Origin: Candidatus Latescibacterota bacterium
GTDB lineage: Bacteria; Latescibacterota; UBA2968; GCA-2709665
DNA length: 64,000 nt
Direction: 5' to 3'
Assembly: GCA_965205485.1 (NCBI GenBank)
Contig: OZ242180.1
Span: forward strand, 2,048,001-2,112,000
Below are positions 62,541 to 64,000 of the stretch, one piece after another. Position numbers and translations under genes: made by a program. Positions within the stretch are counted from its first letter, which is position 1, and every line of letters starts with the position of its first letter. A model generated the notes under the pieces. The model did no database searches, was not told the origin of the DNA, and was given only the letters and a program-made list of their open reading frames with translations.

Positions 62541-63143
62541 ATGGGTAAGGGTCACATAACTTGCGGTGAGTTTGCGGCCCGATTATCGGCCTATCTCGAA
62601 GACGAGGTGGGAGGCGCAAAGAAGGCGCAGATGGATCGCCACATGGAAGAATGCTCCACCTGCGCCAATTCGCTGGAAGGGGTCAGAGGCCTTACGGGGC
62701 GGCTCGCGCGGATGTCGCGTGTACGGCCGTCCGCCGGGTTCGATTTTGCGCTTCGCAGCCGCCTGATGATGGAAGCGGCGCGAAAGACCTCGTTCTGGAA
62801 CAGGCTGCCGGACGTGTTTATCCCGACTCTGCCGAGAGCGTTGGCAACGTGTGCGGCAGTCGTGCTGATCGCGCTGGGCATGACCACGGGGCTGGACGAG
62901 GCGTCTTCAACACGGGCGGTCAACATGGACCGCGTACACCAGATGACGCTCGTTGCGCCGGCGTCTTCGACGTTTCCGGCCGCGGACCTGCGCGGGGCGC
63001 TGAAAATGCTGCCCCGGAATACGTCCTATCCGGTTTCGCACCAGGTCCATCGGGCCGGCCGGGCGGATTCCGCAAAGGCCGCGTCGATGGTTCGCATGCG
63101 CCCGGGCAGGCGCATGGCCAACGTACGCCGGGTGTCCTTTTAG
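62541..63143 (+). CDS. zinc-binding (zf-HC2) transmembrane anti-sigma factor
   Basis: C..LSAYLE..HMEECSTC (HxxxCxxC), then a TM segment; ATG 62541 after GGAGGAG. Confidence 0.9.
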   Translation: MGKGHITCGEFAARLSAYLEDEVGGAKKAQMDRHMEECSTCANSLEGVRGLTGRLARMSRVRPSAGFDFALRSRLMMEAARKTSFWNRLPDVFIPTLPRALATCAAVVLIALGMTTGLDEASSTRAVNMDRVHQMTLVAPASSTFPAADLRGALKMLPRNTSYPVSHQVHRAGRADSAKAASMVRMRPGRRMANVRRVSF

Positions 63144-63176
63144 TGAATGTAGCGGGAGAGAAAGCCTACGAGAACA

Positions 63177-64000
63177 ATGAGAGCAAAACGGTTTAAAATG
63201 CTGTGGACGCTTCCCATAGCAATGGGGATACTGTTGTCAGTTCCGGGTGCGGCGCATTGTCGTCCAGGGAGCGTACTCAAGGGAATCGAAGAAGAAAGAG
63301 CCGAGATTCTGGAAAAGAACCGGGCCGGCGTTGTCCGCATTCATGCCAGCTATACCCAGACAGGGGCCGTGGATGGGCTTCAGTACGGCAAGGGATTCAT
63401 GCACGGCACCGGATTTGTCCTGGATGACCGGGGCACCATTGTTACCGTCCATCGTGCCGTAAAAGATGCCGAGGAAATCTGGGTAACCCTGCATACGGGA
63501 CATCGTCTCCCTGCCCGTTTCGTCGCTTCGGATCCGGTGTCCGAGGTGGCGGTTATCCGCGTTGAGGCAGAGGGGCTGGAACCGATTGCAATCGGCGATT
63601 CCGACAGGGTTCGCATGGGTCACTATGCGTTTATCCTGGGCAACAGTTTCGGAAACCTGACCCCTTCGTTTGGTGTTGTTTACAAGGTCGACCGCGCCCA
63701 GGACCTGATACACGTTGCGGCCCCTGTGCATCTCAGTTTTGGCGGCGCACCGGTATTCTGCAGTACTGGTAAGATACTTGGCCTGGTCTGGGCGCTGCTC
63801 GATCCATTGTCCGGTATTCTGCCCGAAGGGACTCCGGACACCCGAATGATGCAGGAGACAAACTTCGTATTCGTTGTACCTGTCAACCGCGCAATTCGTG
63901 TTGCCCAACGCCTTCTGGACGGTTCACAGACGGTATACGGATGGCTGGGCGTAACCGGAGAATACGATGCCGATTATCACGGCGTCCGCGTCGATAGCAT
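63177..64000 (+). CDS. HtrA/DegP-like trypsin-fold protein lacking the catalytic triad; truncated by the window end
   Basis: Translated by hand (absent from the ORF track): signal peptide, GTGFVLDDRGTIVT, DPVSEVAVIR, IGDSDRVR.G..LGN.FG, FVVPVN, YGWLGV leading into a PDZ start. Confidence 0.85.
   Translation, partial: MRAKRFKMLWTLPIAMGILLSVPGAAHCRPGSVLKGIEEERAEILEKNRAGVVRIHASYTQTGAVDGLQYGKGFMHGTGFVLDDRGTIVTVHRAVKDAEEIWVTLHTGHRLPARFVASDPVSEVAVIRVEAEGLEPIAIGDSDRVRMGHYAFILGNSFGNLTPSFGVVYKVDRAQDLIHVAAPVHLSFGGAPVFCSTGKILGLVWALLDPLSGILPEGTPDTRMMQETNFVFVVPVNRAIRVAQRLLDGSQTVYGWLGVTGEYDADYHGVRVDS

Overview
A roughly 60% GC bacterial chromosome segment made mostly of housekeeping genes. The TonB/ExbBD style and long SecA suggest an FCB-related lineage such as Latescibacterota or Gemmatimonadota; this is inference only. 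Contents in order: a TPR-ExbB-ExbD-ExbD-TonB-TPR energy-transducer module; NUDIX, amidase, fabV, comM; class IV aminotransferase, MmgE/PrpD, mnmA; a ~19 kb minus-strand aromatic amino acid supercluster (trpE-G-D-C-F-tyrS-HMGL-like gene-trpB-A-chorismate mutase-DAHP synthase-tyrA-degenerate aroA-small ORF-aroE-ubiE, then argS-aroK-aroB); SDR, hydrolase, a second TonB, TPR, amidase, rlmH; S55 peptidase plus beta-propeller protein; ribD-E-BA-H-nusB-secA; CIRCE-groES-groEL; queC, acs; and an ECF sigma/anti-sigma/HtrA-like operon that runs off the right edge. The best finding is an unannotated ribosome-dependent attenuator ahead of trpE. It has a promoter, RBS, a 35-aa leader peptide containing YFYRSYRWYY, and protector, antiterminator and terminator pairings, so it may sense Tyr, Phe and Trp together for the whole supercluster. 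Also notable: a full-length AroA homologue and an HtrA homologue that both lack their catalytic residues, two MITE families with nested internal deletions, a candidate structured ncRNA, and an unannotated 46-aa membrane protein. I recognised no tRNA, rRNA, CRISPR array or transposase. All calls come from reading motifs by eye; no database search was run.
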